This document shows, piece by piece, positions 9,702-18,258 of a DNA stretch of 32,000 bases (positions are counted from its first letter, which is position 1; each line of letters starts with the position of its first letter). The notes beneath the pieces are model-generated. The model saw only the letters and a list, made by a program, of their open reading frames with translations, made no database searches and was not told where the DNA came from. The position numbers were made by a program, and so were the translations under genes. Where the stretch lies: NCBI RefSeq assembly GCF_000009705.1, contig NC_003272.1, forward strand, positions 2,160,001 to 2,192,000. Direction: 5' to 3'. This DNA comes from Nostoc sp. PCC 7120 = FACHB-418. GTDB taxonomy: Bacteria > Cyanobacteriota > Cyanobacteriia > Cyanobacteriales > Nostocaceae.

Positions 9702-10421
9702 ATATAGTACGGGCTATACACACACTATAGATACGTCATTATATACAATGATTAAATCAAATTCATATATCTTGAACAAGAAAGACAATCTCATATCTTT
9801 ATCTATCTAATAAATATAGTTTTTTATTTATTTTCTAAATAGTTTCTAATCCCCATTGAACAGACAGTAAATACTAATTTTAAATAATATTTAACGAAGA
9901 AAAAAGGTTTTCTATACAGACAAAAATACTTTTAAAATAGCCTCTTAGATGGTTACATAAATAATAATTTTTCGGTGCGTCCACAGTTTTTCTAACTGAC
10001 ACATCACACATATTGAGTATTTTTTTGTTTATCAATATCTTAAGGTTGCACGTAGTCGTTATCTAAAAATTAATCTCTGCCACAGGGACTTTTAAGACTC
10101 GATACTGGGGAATTAACTTTGAATAACAAGATAAATTTGGTATATTACAGAATGTCACATTGCTATCACTGTTTATATTTACACCAAGAATTTATCATGT
10201 AATATCAAACAACAACGCAAATACGTACAGCACAAATCACATCAAAATAGATGTGATTTTAATAAATTGAAAATTTTGTTAATTTTGATACAAAAAAACA
10301 TTAATATTTAGGAGCAATACTAGCTAATCTCTAGTTTTTCCAGTTTAGTCAAAACAATATCCAGTATTATCAAAAAACTGGTAGTGGGATGTGGTGTAAA
10401 AATCAACAGAGGAGTGAAAAC

Positions 10422-11252
10422 ATGGATTTACGTAGCGATGCCTTGCAAATCCTCAAAGAAACTAGTCGTACTTTTTATATTCCAATTAGTATTTTACCGC
10501 CAGGATTACAAGAGGCAGTCGCATCCGCATACTTGTGTATGCGTGCTATCGATGAAATCGAAGACCATCCCACCCTTGATAACCCCACAAAAGCAAAGCT
10601 GTTGCGTGGGATTAGCTTGACTCTACAAGCTGGGGTTGATGGTTTTCCTGTTGATGCCTTCGCTGCCGGATTTAGCGGTTACGAGAATACCCTGGAAGAA
10701 GTCACCATGAGGATTCGAGAGTGGTCTCTGCTTGCACCAGAAACAATTGCGCCGCGAATTTGGGATGCAACGGCGGCTATGTCAGACCGTATGGCTTATT
10801 GGGCAGAAAACAACTGGAAAATTCATACAGAGTCTGACTTAGATCGCTATACCTTTGGGGTAGCTGGTGCAGTTGGGTTGCTACTCTCAGATTTATGGGC
10901 TTGGTATGATGGCACACAAACAAACCGGACTTTAGCGATTGGGTTTGGTAGAGGTTTGCAAGCAGTTAATATCCTACGTAACCATGTGGAAGATTTAGGG
11001 CGTGGAGTCAGCTTCTTTCCTGACGGTTGGGACGCAAATAATATGCAGGAGTATGCCCTGCGGAATCTCGCCCTAGCGGATGCTTACACCCAAGCTTTAC
11101 CAGATGGGCCAGCGCTCAACTTTTGTCAAATTCCCTTGACATTAGCACATGGAACCATTGATGCGATCGCCAACGGTAAAGAAAAACTCAGTCGTAGCGA
11201 TGTTATGGCACTGCTGGAACAAATCATCACTTTCAACTTGAAAGCTGGGTGA
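10422..11252 (+). CDS. Squalene/phytoene synthase family protein (short, divergent paralog)
   Basis: ATG at 10422 (MDLRSDAL...) is preceded by GAGGAG. The first Asp-rich motif is YLCMRAIDEIED. The second conserved block is QAVNILRNHVEDLGRGVSFFP, compared with the canonical NILRDVGED..GR.Y.P. 276 aa. Confidence 0.75.
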   Translation: MDLRSDALQILKETSRTFYIPISILPPGLQEAVASAYLCMRAIDEIEDHPTLDNPTKAKLLRGISLTLQAGVDGFPVDAFAAGFSGYENTLEEVTMRIREWSLLAPETIAPRIWDATAAMSDRMAYWAENNWKIHTESDLDRYTFGVAGAVGLLLSDLWAWYDGTQTNRTLAIGFGRGLQAVNILRNHVEDLGRGVSFFPDGWDANNMQEYALRNLALADAYTQALPDGPALNFCQIPLTLAHGTIDAIANGKEKLSRSDVMALLEQIITFNLKAG

Positions 11253-11315
11253 GGAGATAAGAGGCAGGGGGCAGGGGGATGAATATGTTACTGAGTATTC
11301 TTGATTCATCACTTC

Positions 11316-12101
11316 CTACTCCCCACTTCCCACTCCACGATAAGCGAGGTAAACAGCTTCTAAAAAAACATCAGAGGTAACAGTTGCCGGTAACGTTTCT
11401 AAGTGCAGAATTGCTTGCACTTGTTCGGCTAGTTTGATGGATAAAGCGCTTCTGGCTTTGTTACCCATTACACTACGTCGCTGTAAATATTGATGAATAA
11501 CAGCAAAGTCATCGGGTAATAATTTTGATAAGTCAGTAATTTGTGATAATTCTGCATAGAGTGACTTGGCTTGTTCGGAAATAGTGAAAGTGGCTGAAGT
11601 AGTTGGTGTTTCTGTTTGAATCACAATTGTGCCTGCGGCTAAATCACCAAGACGCTTTTCTTTACTATTAAAAATAATTAAAAAAGCCCCAATAAACAGA
11701 AACTCATCGAAAGGTCGCAATAAAGCTCGCAGAGTAGCTTGTTGTAAACCAACTGGTCTGCCATCATCTCGAACTACGCGAATTTTAACTGAGCGTTTAC
11801 CGGGGGTTTGGCCTTGCCATAAAGTCTCAAAAAAGACAAAGTAGCCCGTATACATAACAAAGCTAACAATAAATGCGATCGCCACTAGCCAAACAGCCGT
11901 CGCCGAACCGAAAGTTTCTGTCCACCAATCTACTAACTGCGCGGAAATAAAAGCCCAGACAAGGAAGAATACTACCCAAGTCGCCGCTAAAATCAGATAA
12001 TCAATGATTAAAGCCCAGGCACGATTACCGATACCAGCAACGGTAAACTCTATCTCTACACTTTCTGGTGTACGGTATTTGACACGGTTGAACAGGTGCA
12101 T
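11316..12101 (-). CDS. RDD family membrane protein
   Basis: 261 aa. N-terminal TM helices are followed by QTPGKRSVKIRVVRDDGRPVG, the R..D.D signature region of RDD domains, then a third hydrophobic segment and a soluble tail. Confidence 0.7.
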   Translation of the reverse strand: MHLFNRVKYRTPESVEIEFTVAGIGNRAWALIIDYLILAATWVVFFLVWAFISAQLVDWWTETFGSATAVWLVAIAFIVSFVMYTGYFVFFETLWQGQTPGKRSVKIRVVRDDGRPVGLQQATLRALLRPFDEFLFIGAFLIIFNSKEKRLGDLAAGTIVIQTETPTTSATFTISEQAKSLYAELSQITDLSKLLPDDFAVIHQYLQRRSVMGNKARSALSIKLAEQVQAILHLETLPATVTSDVFLEAVYLAYRGVGSGE

Positions 12102-12168
12102 ATCAATTCAAAACTAATAAAACTTTTCAGGGTCAGGGTTCTGGCTGCTGGGACTATGAAATGGTGGG

Positions 12169-13023
12169 TTAAATTTCGCGATCGCGTAACTGCAAGCCTA
12201 ACCCTTCACGACGACTCCGCAAGTCATAATAAATTACAGCCTTGATGCTTTGCCAAAAGGGGATCAACAACGCACCACTGCCGGAAATAAGAACTAAAAC
12301 CAGGACAAAATAAAGCAGAGCGAATACAGTATTACCCTCACTGATTAAAGGTAAAAATGCCGCTTGCAGAATACTTGTAGCAATCTGAACCACAATTTGA
12401 ATTGGGATTGTGATTAAGAAACCAACAAAGGAAATCAACAGTATCCGCCAAACGTGACCTTGGGTTAATTCCCAACTGCGACTAATGGCAGAAGTAGCCT
12501 CGATACCTTCCTCTACAGCTAAAGGCAAATCTACTAAGTAAAAACGTGTCACCAACCACAAAATCCCTAATAGCGCCACAATACCGATGACAAAAGCCGC
12601 GAGAATAAACACAAGATAAGTCGCAGGGTTGGCTTGTTGTCCTACTCCGCCAACAAATGCAGCCGATACCACTCCTAATAAAATAGATAAAATTACTACA
12701 CCTAAACCAATGCCAATACCAACAAGAAGTAATAAGAGCATTGCCAACAAAAACTGCCACAGTCGGGAATTAACAAAACGTTCACCCGATGAAATGCTTT
12801 CTGGCTGATTCACCAATTCACCAAAGGCCAGGCGCGAAATCAGCGATGTAAGGGCATAAAACTTGGCCCACCCATAAACTGGAACTAGCACCCAGACATA
12901 AGCCTTCAATGCCAATAGAAAGTAGTCCTTAAGATGAGAACGATACAACCGTAGCCCTGCACTGACAACATTTCCTACACTCAGTGGTTGCGTGGGACTG
13001 GGAGAACCAAAGTTTCCTGCCAT
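12169..13023 (-). CDS. Polytopic membrane protein of unknown function
   Basis: 284-aa ORF with about six long hydrophobic segments. The C-terminus is IYYDLRSRREGLGLQL. It is divergent from the SpoIIM-like gene. I cannot assign a family with confidence. Confidence 0.6.
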   Translation of the reverse strand: MAGNFGSPSPTQPLSVGNVVSAGLRLYRSHLKDYFLLALKAYVWVLVPVYGWAKFYALTSLISRLAFGELVNQPESISSGERFVNSRLWQFLLAMLLLLLVGIGIGLGVVILSILLGVVSAAFVGGVGQQANPATYLVFILAAFVIGIVALLGILWLVTRFYLVDLPLAVEEGIEATSAISRSWELTQGHVWRILLISFVGFLITIPIQIVVQIATSILQAAFLPLISEGNTVFALLYFVLVLVLISGSGALLIPFWQSIKAVIYYDLRSRREGLGLQLRDREI

Positions 13024-13104
13024 AGATGCGAAATTTCCTTGAAATTACGGGTGTGGATTTGAGGCTATCTTAAAGTACGTTAATTGCTAATATTCCCAAA
13101 ATTT

Positions 13105-14061
13105 ATGAATATTCAACGTTGGATTGCCCGGCGAGAGTTAAACTGGCAGCGTTTAGATGCTTTATTAAGACAGGTAGAAACAAAAGGGTTAAAGTCTCTC
13201 CCAGCTACAGAAATTCGGGAGTTAGCTAGTTTATATCGTTCAGTTGCGGCAGATTTGGCACGCGCTCAGACCCAGCAAGTCGGTAATATCTTGATACATA
13301 ATTTACAATCCTTGACAACTCGTGGCTATACGCAGATTTACCAAGGTTCGAGAAGGCAAGAATGGCAAGCGGTGGTGGAATTTTACCGATGGGAACTACC
13401 CGCAGTGATTCAGCGAACATTTGCGTACACTGCCACAGCTACCGCTTTATTTTTTCTAGGTCTAATAGTTGCGTGGTGGTATGCTTGGCAAGACCCGACA
13501 TTCATGTCTTTAATCGTCCCAGAACGCCTAATTTCTCAAGTGCGAGATGAGCATAAATTGTGGATGGGGTCAATTGTGGGGATTGAACCTTTGGCATCTA
13601 GTGGGATTATGATTAACAATCTCAAGGTGTCCTTTGGTGCGGTTGCAGGTGGGATGACAGCCGGGGCATTCACAACTTATGTGATGGTATTTAATGGTTT
13701 GCTCATTGGTGCTATCGGTACATTGGTAGGGCAGAATAATTTAGCTTATCCTTTTTGGGCATTTGTTTTTCCTCATGGCGCTTTAGAATTACCCGCCATT
13801 TTCTTCGCCGGTGGGGCTGGGTTGTTGATAGCAAGAGCTATTTTATTCCCTGGTGAATATCGTCGAGGTGATGCCTTGAAATTTTATGGTTCTCAAGCAG
13901 TGCAGTTATTATTTGGGATTGTGCCAATGTTAGTTATAGCCGGGATTATTGAGGGATTTTTCTCTCCTAACCCCAGGATTCCTGATCCCTTAAAGTATTT
14001 ATTTGGCACAGGATTGTTTATTATTTTTTTTATGTACTGTAATCGGAAAAAACATCAGTAA
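13105..14061 (+). CDS. Stage II sporulation protein M-like (DUF95) membrane protein
   Basis: Start chosen at ATG 13105 (MNIQRW...). The ORF opens at TTG 13084. Characteristic FPHGALELPAIFFAGGAGLLIA and IIEGFFSP blocks lie within a multi-TM C-terminal half. Confidence 0.7.
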   Translation: MNIQRWIARRELNWQRLDALLRQVETKGLKSLPATEIRELASLYRSVAADLARAQTQQVGNILIHNLQSLTTRGYTQIYQGSRRQEWQAVVEFYRWELPAVIQRTFAYTATATALFFLGLIVAWWYAWQDPTFMSLIVPERLISQVRDEHKLWMGSIVGIEPLASSGIMINNLKVSFGAVAGGMTAGAFTTYVMVFNGLLIGAIGTLVGQNNLAYPFWAFVFPHGALELPAIFFAGGAGLLIARAILFPGEYRRGDALKFYGSQAVQLLFGIVPMLVIAGIIEGFFSPNPRIPDPLKYLFGTGLFIIFFMYCNRKKHQ

Positions 14062-14289
14062 AAGGGTAGATTTATCAATGGTTTTGGGTGGGTACGGTTA
14101 TTGCGATCGCTCTTGGTTATGGAACCGAACCTACAGGCGTTTGATCCTGATCTAATCTTTTAGTGAAGGAGCTAGAAATTAAGCTTTGCCAAACTCCAGA
14201 TTGATTCGATCATATACCTCTTCGTTTACCAGCAAAAAGCTTAATAATAGCCTTCTTATAAGCAAATATTGCATTTTAGAGGTGATATT

Positions 14290-14757
14290 ATGGCAATTAC
14301 AAGATGGGAACCATTCCGAGAAATTGAGCGGTTAGAACCATTCCGAGAAATGGATACATTACAACGGCAAATAAACCGCTTGTTTGATAGGTTAATGCCA
14401 ACTGATGGGGCTGAAAAAGTGGGATTTGCCTTCGTACCTGCTGCTGAACTTGAAGAAAAGGATGATGCTATTCATTTGAAACTAGAAGTCCCAGGCTTAG
14501 AAGCAACTGATATTCATGTAGAAGCGACTCCTGAATCGATTTCGATTACTGGTGAGCGGAAGTCTGAGACTAAGACTGAAGAAAATGGCATTACTCGTTC
14601 TGAGTTTAGGTATGGTAAATTCCAACGAGTTATTCCCCTACCGTCTCTAATTCAAAACGACAAAGTACAAGCTGAGTACAAAAACGGTATCCTCCGGCTA
14701 ACTGTACCAAAAGCTGAGTCAGAAAGAAATAAAGTCGTAAAAGTCAATATTGGTTAG
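14290..14757 (+). CDS. hspA: Small heat-shock protein, Hsp20/alpha-crystallin family
   Basis: ATG 14290 is preceded by AGAGGTGA. The alpha-crystallin core reads PAAELEEKDDAIHLKLEVPGLEATDIHVEAT...ITGERK...GKFQRVIPLP...AEYKNGILRLTVPK, and the terminal V.V.I tail is the typical I/V-x-I/V motif. Confidence 0.9.
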   Translation: MAITRWEPFREIERLEPFREMDTLQRQINRLFDRLMPTDGAEKVGFAFVPAAELEEKDDAIHLKLEVPGLEATDIHVEATPESISITGERKSETKTEENGITRSEFRYGKFQRVIPLPSLIQNDKVQAEYKNGILRLTVPKAESERNKVVKVNIG

Positions 14758-14796
14758 AGCCAAGGGAATAGTATTGAGTCTAATTAATTAGTCCTA

Positions 14797-14837
14797 AGTG
14801 CTGAGTAGATGTCTTAATAGACTATTTACTCAGCACT
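14797..14837 (+). terminator. Perfect 11-bp stem hairpin downstream of the sHSP gene
   Basis: AGTGCTGAGTA (14797-14807) pairs with TACTCAGCACT (14827-14837) across a 19-nt loop. No clear U-tract follows, so terminator function is uncertain. Confidence 0.4.
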
Positions 14838-14988
14838 CAACATAGCAGCCCTAACAACGCAAACATGGGAGGTAGCTTAACGCTTCACAATACCGCATAT
14901 AGTGAAATTACTGTTGAGAGTTCCCAACTGAAGCGCCAAAATCATTTCCCACTCCCATAGCAAAACTCTTTTTTCTCAGGGTTATTTT

Positions 14989-15073
14989 AGTAGGCATTGC
15001 CCACCCTACAAAGACCTAAGTTTTTCAGCGCCAGCGCAAACTATGGCAACAAGAATCAAATCAGGTTCCTATA
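14989..15073. repeat. Partial copy of the TATAGGA-ended dispersed repeat, including the GGCATTGCCCACCCTAC palindrome module
   Basis: gtaggcattgcccaccctac...ggcaacaagaatcaaatcaggttcctata. The right end matches the MITE ends at 9329 and 22686, and the palindrome module matches 20395-20415 and 22601-22656. Confidence 0.55.
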
Positions 15074-15324
15074 TGTCCCGAATTTATACAAAAATCTCCT
15101 AAAAGTCAGATATATAGTGGCAAATATTACCTAGTTGTTGATAATGCGCTATATGCTAATAAGATAAGCAATTAATGTTTCTAGTTTGTTATCTGCCAAG
15201 TTGGCATCTAGTGTTTTTCCTAAAATTGCTAATTTGAATAAAACAGACAACTAAACACACACTGATCCTAGTTTATTTGCTTGAATAGCTATATTGAGAG
15301 ACTTGTAATTCCATACTCTTGATT

Positions 15325-15570
15325 ATGACCAGTAAGTTAATTGATGTTAGAGAATATACTGTTAGGGCGCATAAGCGGCTAATTCACACTCGCGTTTTTA
15401 ACTTTGTCTGTAAGGAGTGTAACGAGGCGACAAAACGCGAGACTTTTGGCCCTCGCCCTTTATATTGCGAGATATGTCGTCCACCACAAGCGCCGAAAAA
15501 GTCTCAGCAGCCGACTCGCAAAGCCAAGCCTCGTCCAACTATTTACAAAAGCGACACTGATTTAGGTTGA
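15325..15570 (+). CDS. Small basic protein with a CxxC...CxxC zinc-ribbon (unknown function)
   Basis: 81 aa from ATG 15325. It carries [28 protein letters not shown] followed by a K/R/P-rich tail. The stop lies 8 nt before the next gene's ATG. Codon usage resembles neighbouring genes. Confidence 0.6.
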   Translation: MTSKLIDVREYTVRAHKRLIHTRVFNFVCKECNEATKRETFGPRPLYCEICRPPQAPKKSQQPTRKAKPRPTIYKSDTDLG

Positions 15571-15578
15571 TTTGAAGC

Positions 15579-16607
15579 ATGATAAATTCTCAATTGCAAT
15601 TAGACCCTCCTCCTCAAGATTTCGTCTCCCCACTGTTAGAATTACGAGACTATTATGCTCGTCTTGTAGAAGAGTACGAAACCTTATTTACACAAGCGCG
15701 ATCGCAGCTGGATCATGTAGAAGCTTTATTATCTACTTGGTCTCCTAGTGCGGAAAAGAAAGAGCAAATATCCATTGGTGATATCTCTCCAGACGTTTCT
15801 ACCTCTTTCCCCAAAAAATCTCTACCATCTGCAACTAATGGGATTTCTCCCACTGAGGTTAACTTGGTGGAGTCTAAAGAAGTTGAGTCCCAAAACTCAG
15901 GAAGCTTGGAAATAGAGAGTTTTGTGAATACAGATGAAGATAACAACGAGTCTCCAGAACCAAGTTCTTCACCAACCATAGAAATTACTCCAGAAACCAT
16001 TAAGGGAACTGATATCCCGATGTTACCTGAGTATCAATCTCTTACCCGCATGGAAGCGATTAAAAAGCTACTAGAAGAACATCTTGGGGCAGTATGTCAT
16101 ATAGATTTTATTGTGCGATCGCTTTATGGAGAGTTGGAGTCTTATATTTTTAGAGTAGTCAAAGGTAGAGTTCAATCATCTCTAACACAAGGTAGAGAAA
16201 GACAAGCTTGGTTTGGCATCCCTGATGAACCCGGATGTTACACTCTGGATTTAGGTCTGGTAAGTTCCAACCGCACTCATACTTACTCCCAAAATGGCAG
16301 AAGTAAGAAGAAGAAACCTGTCATCATCCCGAAGACCAAAGTCGTCCCCATGTTAGAACCTTTTGAAGGGCAATTTTTAATTGATGCTTTGAGTGTTTTC
16401 TTCAAACAACATCCAGGTAAAGTTTTTAGTGTGGCTCAAGTCATCTCTGGACTTTATGGAGAACTAGATGAAGAAGACACTAGAGAGGTTAAAGGCAAAG
16501 TCTTGAATGAACTCTCACGGGGTTATCGCACAGGACGATTTGCTAGATTACCGAATAAAGTTGGCTTTTATACCTTGGATTTAAAGTTGGCGGCTAAGTC
16601 GGGATAA
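15579..16607 (+). CDS. Unknown protein: N-terminal helical segment, acidic/Ser-rich linker, two tandem 78-aa winged-helix-like modules
   Basis: 342 aa. Residues ~148-225 (MLPEYQSLTRMEAIKKLLEEHLGAVCHIDFIVRSLYGELE...GCYTLDL) align without gaps to residues ~258-335 (MLEPFEGQFLIDALSVFFKQHPGKVFSVAQVISGLYGELD...GFYTLDL). Confidence 0.7.
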   Translation: MINSQLQLDPPPQDFVSPLLELRDYYARLVEEYETLFTQARSQLDHVEALLSTWSPSAEKKEQISIGDISPDVSTSFPKKSLPSATNGISPTEVNLVESKEVESQNSGSLEIESFVNTDEDNNESPEPSSSPTIEITPETIKGTDIPMLPEYQSLTRMEAIKKLLEEHLGAVCHIDFIVRSLYGELESYIFRVVKGRVQSSLTQGRERQAWFGIPDEPGCYTLDLGLVSSNRTHTYSQNGRSKKKKPVIIPKTKVVPMLEPFEGQFLIDALSVFFKQHPGKVFSVAQVISGLYGELDEEDTREVKGKVLNELSRGYRTGRFARLPNKVGFYTLDLKLAAKSG

Positions 16608-16666
16608 TGGATAATGGGGAGTATCAATAGTCTTTCTCTACTCTCAACCTTTACACCCCTATATAC

Positions 16667-18169
16667 CTACACCCAATCAAGACTCCGTTTAACTGCCTTT
16701 TGCCATATCGCAAAATTGGCTGTGGCGTTTTGGCTTCCTTCTCCTGGTTCAAAAATGCGGTCTATCTGGCGTTGGTTAACTAATGCTGTGTAACTATCCC
16801 AAAATCCCACGGCTAAACCTGCGGCGAAGGCTGCACCTTGTACTGTTGTGTCGCGCATGGTGGGACGTTCTACGGGAATACCTAAAACATCTGCTTGGAA
16901 CTGCATGAGGAAATTGTTCTCACAAGCACCACCATCGACAATTAGGCGCTGCATGGGGCTACTACAAGAGGCATTGATGGCTTGTACTACTTCTAACACT
17001 TGATAGGCGATCGCTTCTAATACAGCCCGGACTAAATGCTGTGGTTGGACGCTGGCTGTAATGCCAAAAAAAGCTCCTCTAGCGTTCATATCCCAGTAGG
17101 GTGCGCCTAGTCCACTAAAAGCGGGGACAAAGTACACCCCACCGTTATCGGCTACTTGATTTGCCATGGTCTCAGTTTCAGCAGCCGTCTTAATTAGCTT
17201 GATGCCGTCACGCAACCATTGGATACAAGCACCACTAGTAAACATACTGCCTTCTAGAGCATAGCCAATATTGATATTTTCCTGTTTATCGGCTTGTGTC
17301 CAGGCGATTGTAGAAATTAATTGATGTTGAGAACGAACAATATTAGAGCCAGTATGAGCTACTAAAAAGCTACCAGTGCCATAAGTACATTTCATTAAAC
17401 CGGGGCGATCGCAGCCATGACCAAACAAAGCTGCCTGTTGATCGCCTAAAATGGCTGTGATGGGGATAGCTGCATCTAATAAGCTGGTATCTGTAACACC
17501 AAATTTTCCCAAACTGGGTTGAATTTGCGGCAGAATATGGGCAGGAATTTGCAAAATCTCTAGTAGTTGCTCATCCCACTCACCAGTTTTCAAATTCATC
17601 AACATGGTGCGGCTAGCATTGCTGTGGTCGGTGGCGTGGACTTTCCCACCTGTTAATTTCCACAATATCCAGGTATCGATTGTACCTGCCAAAACATTTT
17701 TTAAATCAACGCCTGTGATGTAGTCTAATAACCATCGGAGTTTAGTTGCGGAGAAATAAGCGTCAACTACTAAACCAGTACGACTGTAAATTTCCTGAGC
17801 ATAGCCTTTTTCCTGTAACTGATGACACAGGGGAGCCGTGCGGCGGTCTTGCCAAACAATGGCTTTATGTAATGGTCTCCCCGTGGTTTTGTCCCAGAGT
17901 AGGCAAGTTTCCCGTTGTACAGTCAAACCTATAGCCGCAATTTCACTAGGAGATATTTGTGCATTGACGATGGCTGTCTTCATCACCCAGCAGGTATCTT
18001 GCCAGATTTCTTCCGCGTCATGCTCTAACCATCCTGGTTGGGGGTAATGTTGTGTTAGTTCCTTATATGCTTGAGCAACTATTTTACCTGCATTGTTAAA
18101 GATAAATGCCCGGTTTCCAGTTGTTCCCAAGTCCAACGCTAGGATATAGCCGGAAGATGATATCTGCAT
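16667..18169 (-). CDS. glpK: Glycerol kinase
   Basis: 500 aa. It contains ALDLGTTGNRAFIF, HYPQPGWLEHDAEEIW, IVWQDRRT, GDQQAALFGH and YGTGSF, all classic FGGY-family GlpK blocks. Confidence 0.93.
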   Translation of the reverse strand: MQISSSGYILALDLGTTGNRAFIFNNAGKIVAQAYKELTQHYPQPGWLEHDAEEIWQDTCWVMKTAIVNAQISPSEIAAIGLTVQRETCLLWDKTTGRPLHKAIVWQDRRTAPLCHQLQEKGYAQEIYSRTGLVVDAYFSATKLRWLLDYITGVDLKNVLAGTIDTWILWKLTGGKVHATDHSNASRTMLMNLKTGEWDEQLLEILQIPAHILPQIQPSLGKFGVTDTSLLDAAIPITAILGDQQAALFGHGCDRPGLMKCTYGTGSFLVAHTGSNIVRSQHQLISTIAWTQADKQENINIGYALEGSMFTSGACIQWLRDGIKLIKTAAETETMANQVADNGGVYFVPAFSGLGAPYWDMNARGAFFGITASVQPQHLVRAVLEAIAYQVLEVVQAINASCSSPMQRLIVDGGACENNFLMQFQADVLGIPVERPTMRDTTVQGAAFAAGLAVGFWDSYTALVNQRQIDRIFEPGEGSQNATANFAIWQKAVKRSLDWV

Positions 18170-18258
18170 AGGCTTTAGTTAAAAGGCGATCGCTCTACCT
18201 ATCCTACAAATATTTGTGTCTCTCTACATATTTGGATAGTTTAGGCGATCGTCTTTCT

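Noticed and set aside
9440-10388. Possible NtcA sites (GTA-N8-TAC), DIF (TCCGGA) motifs or tandem small-RNA units such as NsiR1 in the AT-rich tract
   Set aside because: A scan by eye found only near-misses (for example GTA-N7-TAC at about 9708-9720, and GTA-N8-CTA at about 9516). There is no TCCGGA and no tandem unit structure. Nothing is supportable without transcript data.
10384-10620. 78-aa alternative-frame ORF, and the 10389 upstream start for the synthase-like gene
   Set aside because: The 10384 ORF is out of frame with the motif-bearing reading frame. The 10389 extension adds MWCKNQQRSEN with no homology logic, whereas ATG 10422 follows a GAGGAG Shine-Dalgarno-like sequence.
12482-12760. 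92-aa minus-strand ORF
   Set aside because: It is an alternative frame inside the 284-aa membrane-protein gene. It is Cys/Arg-rich and has no support.
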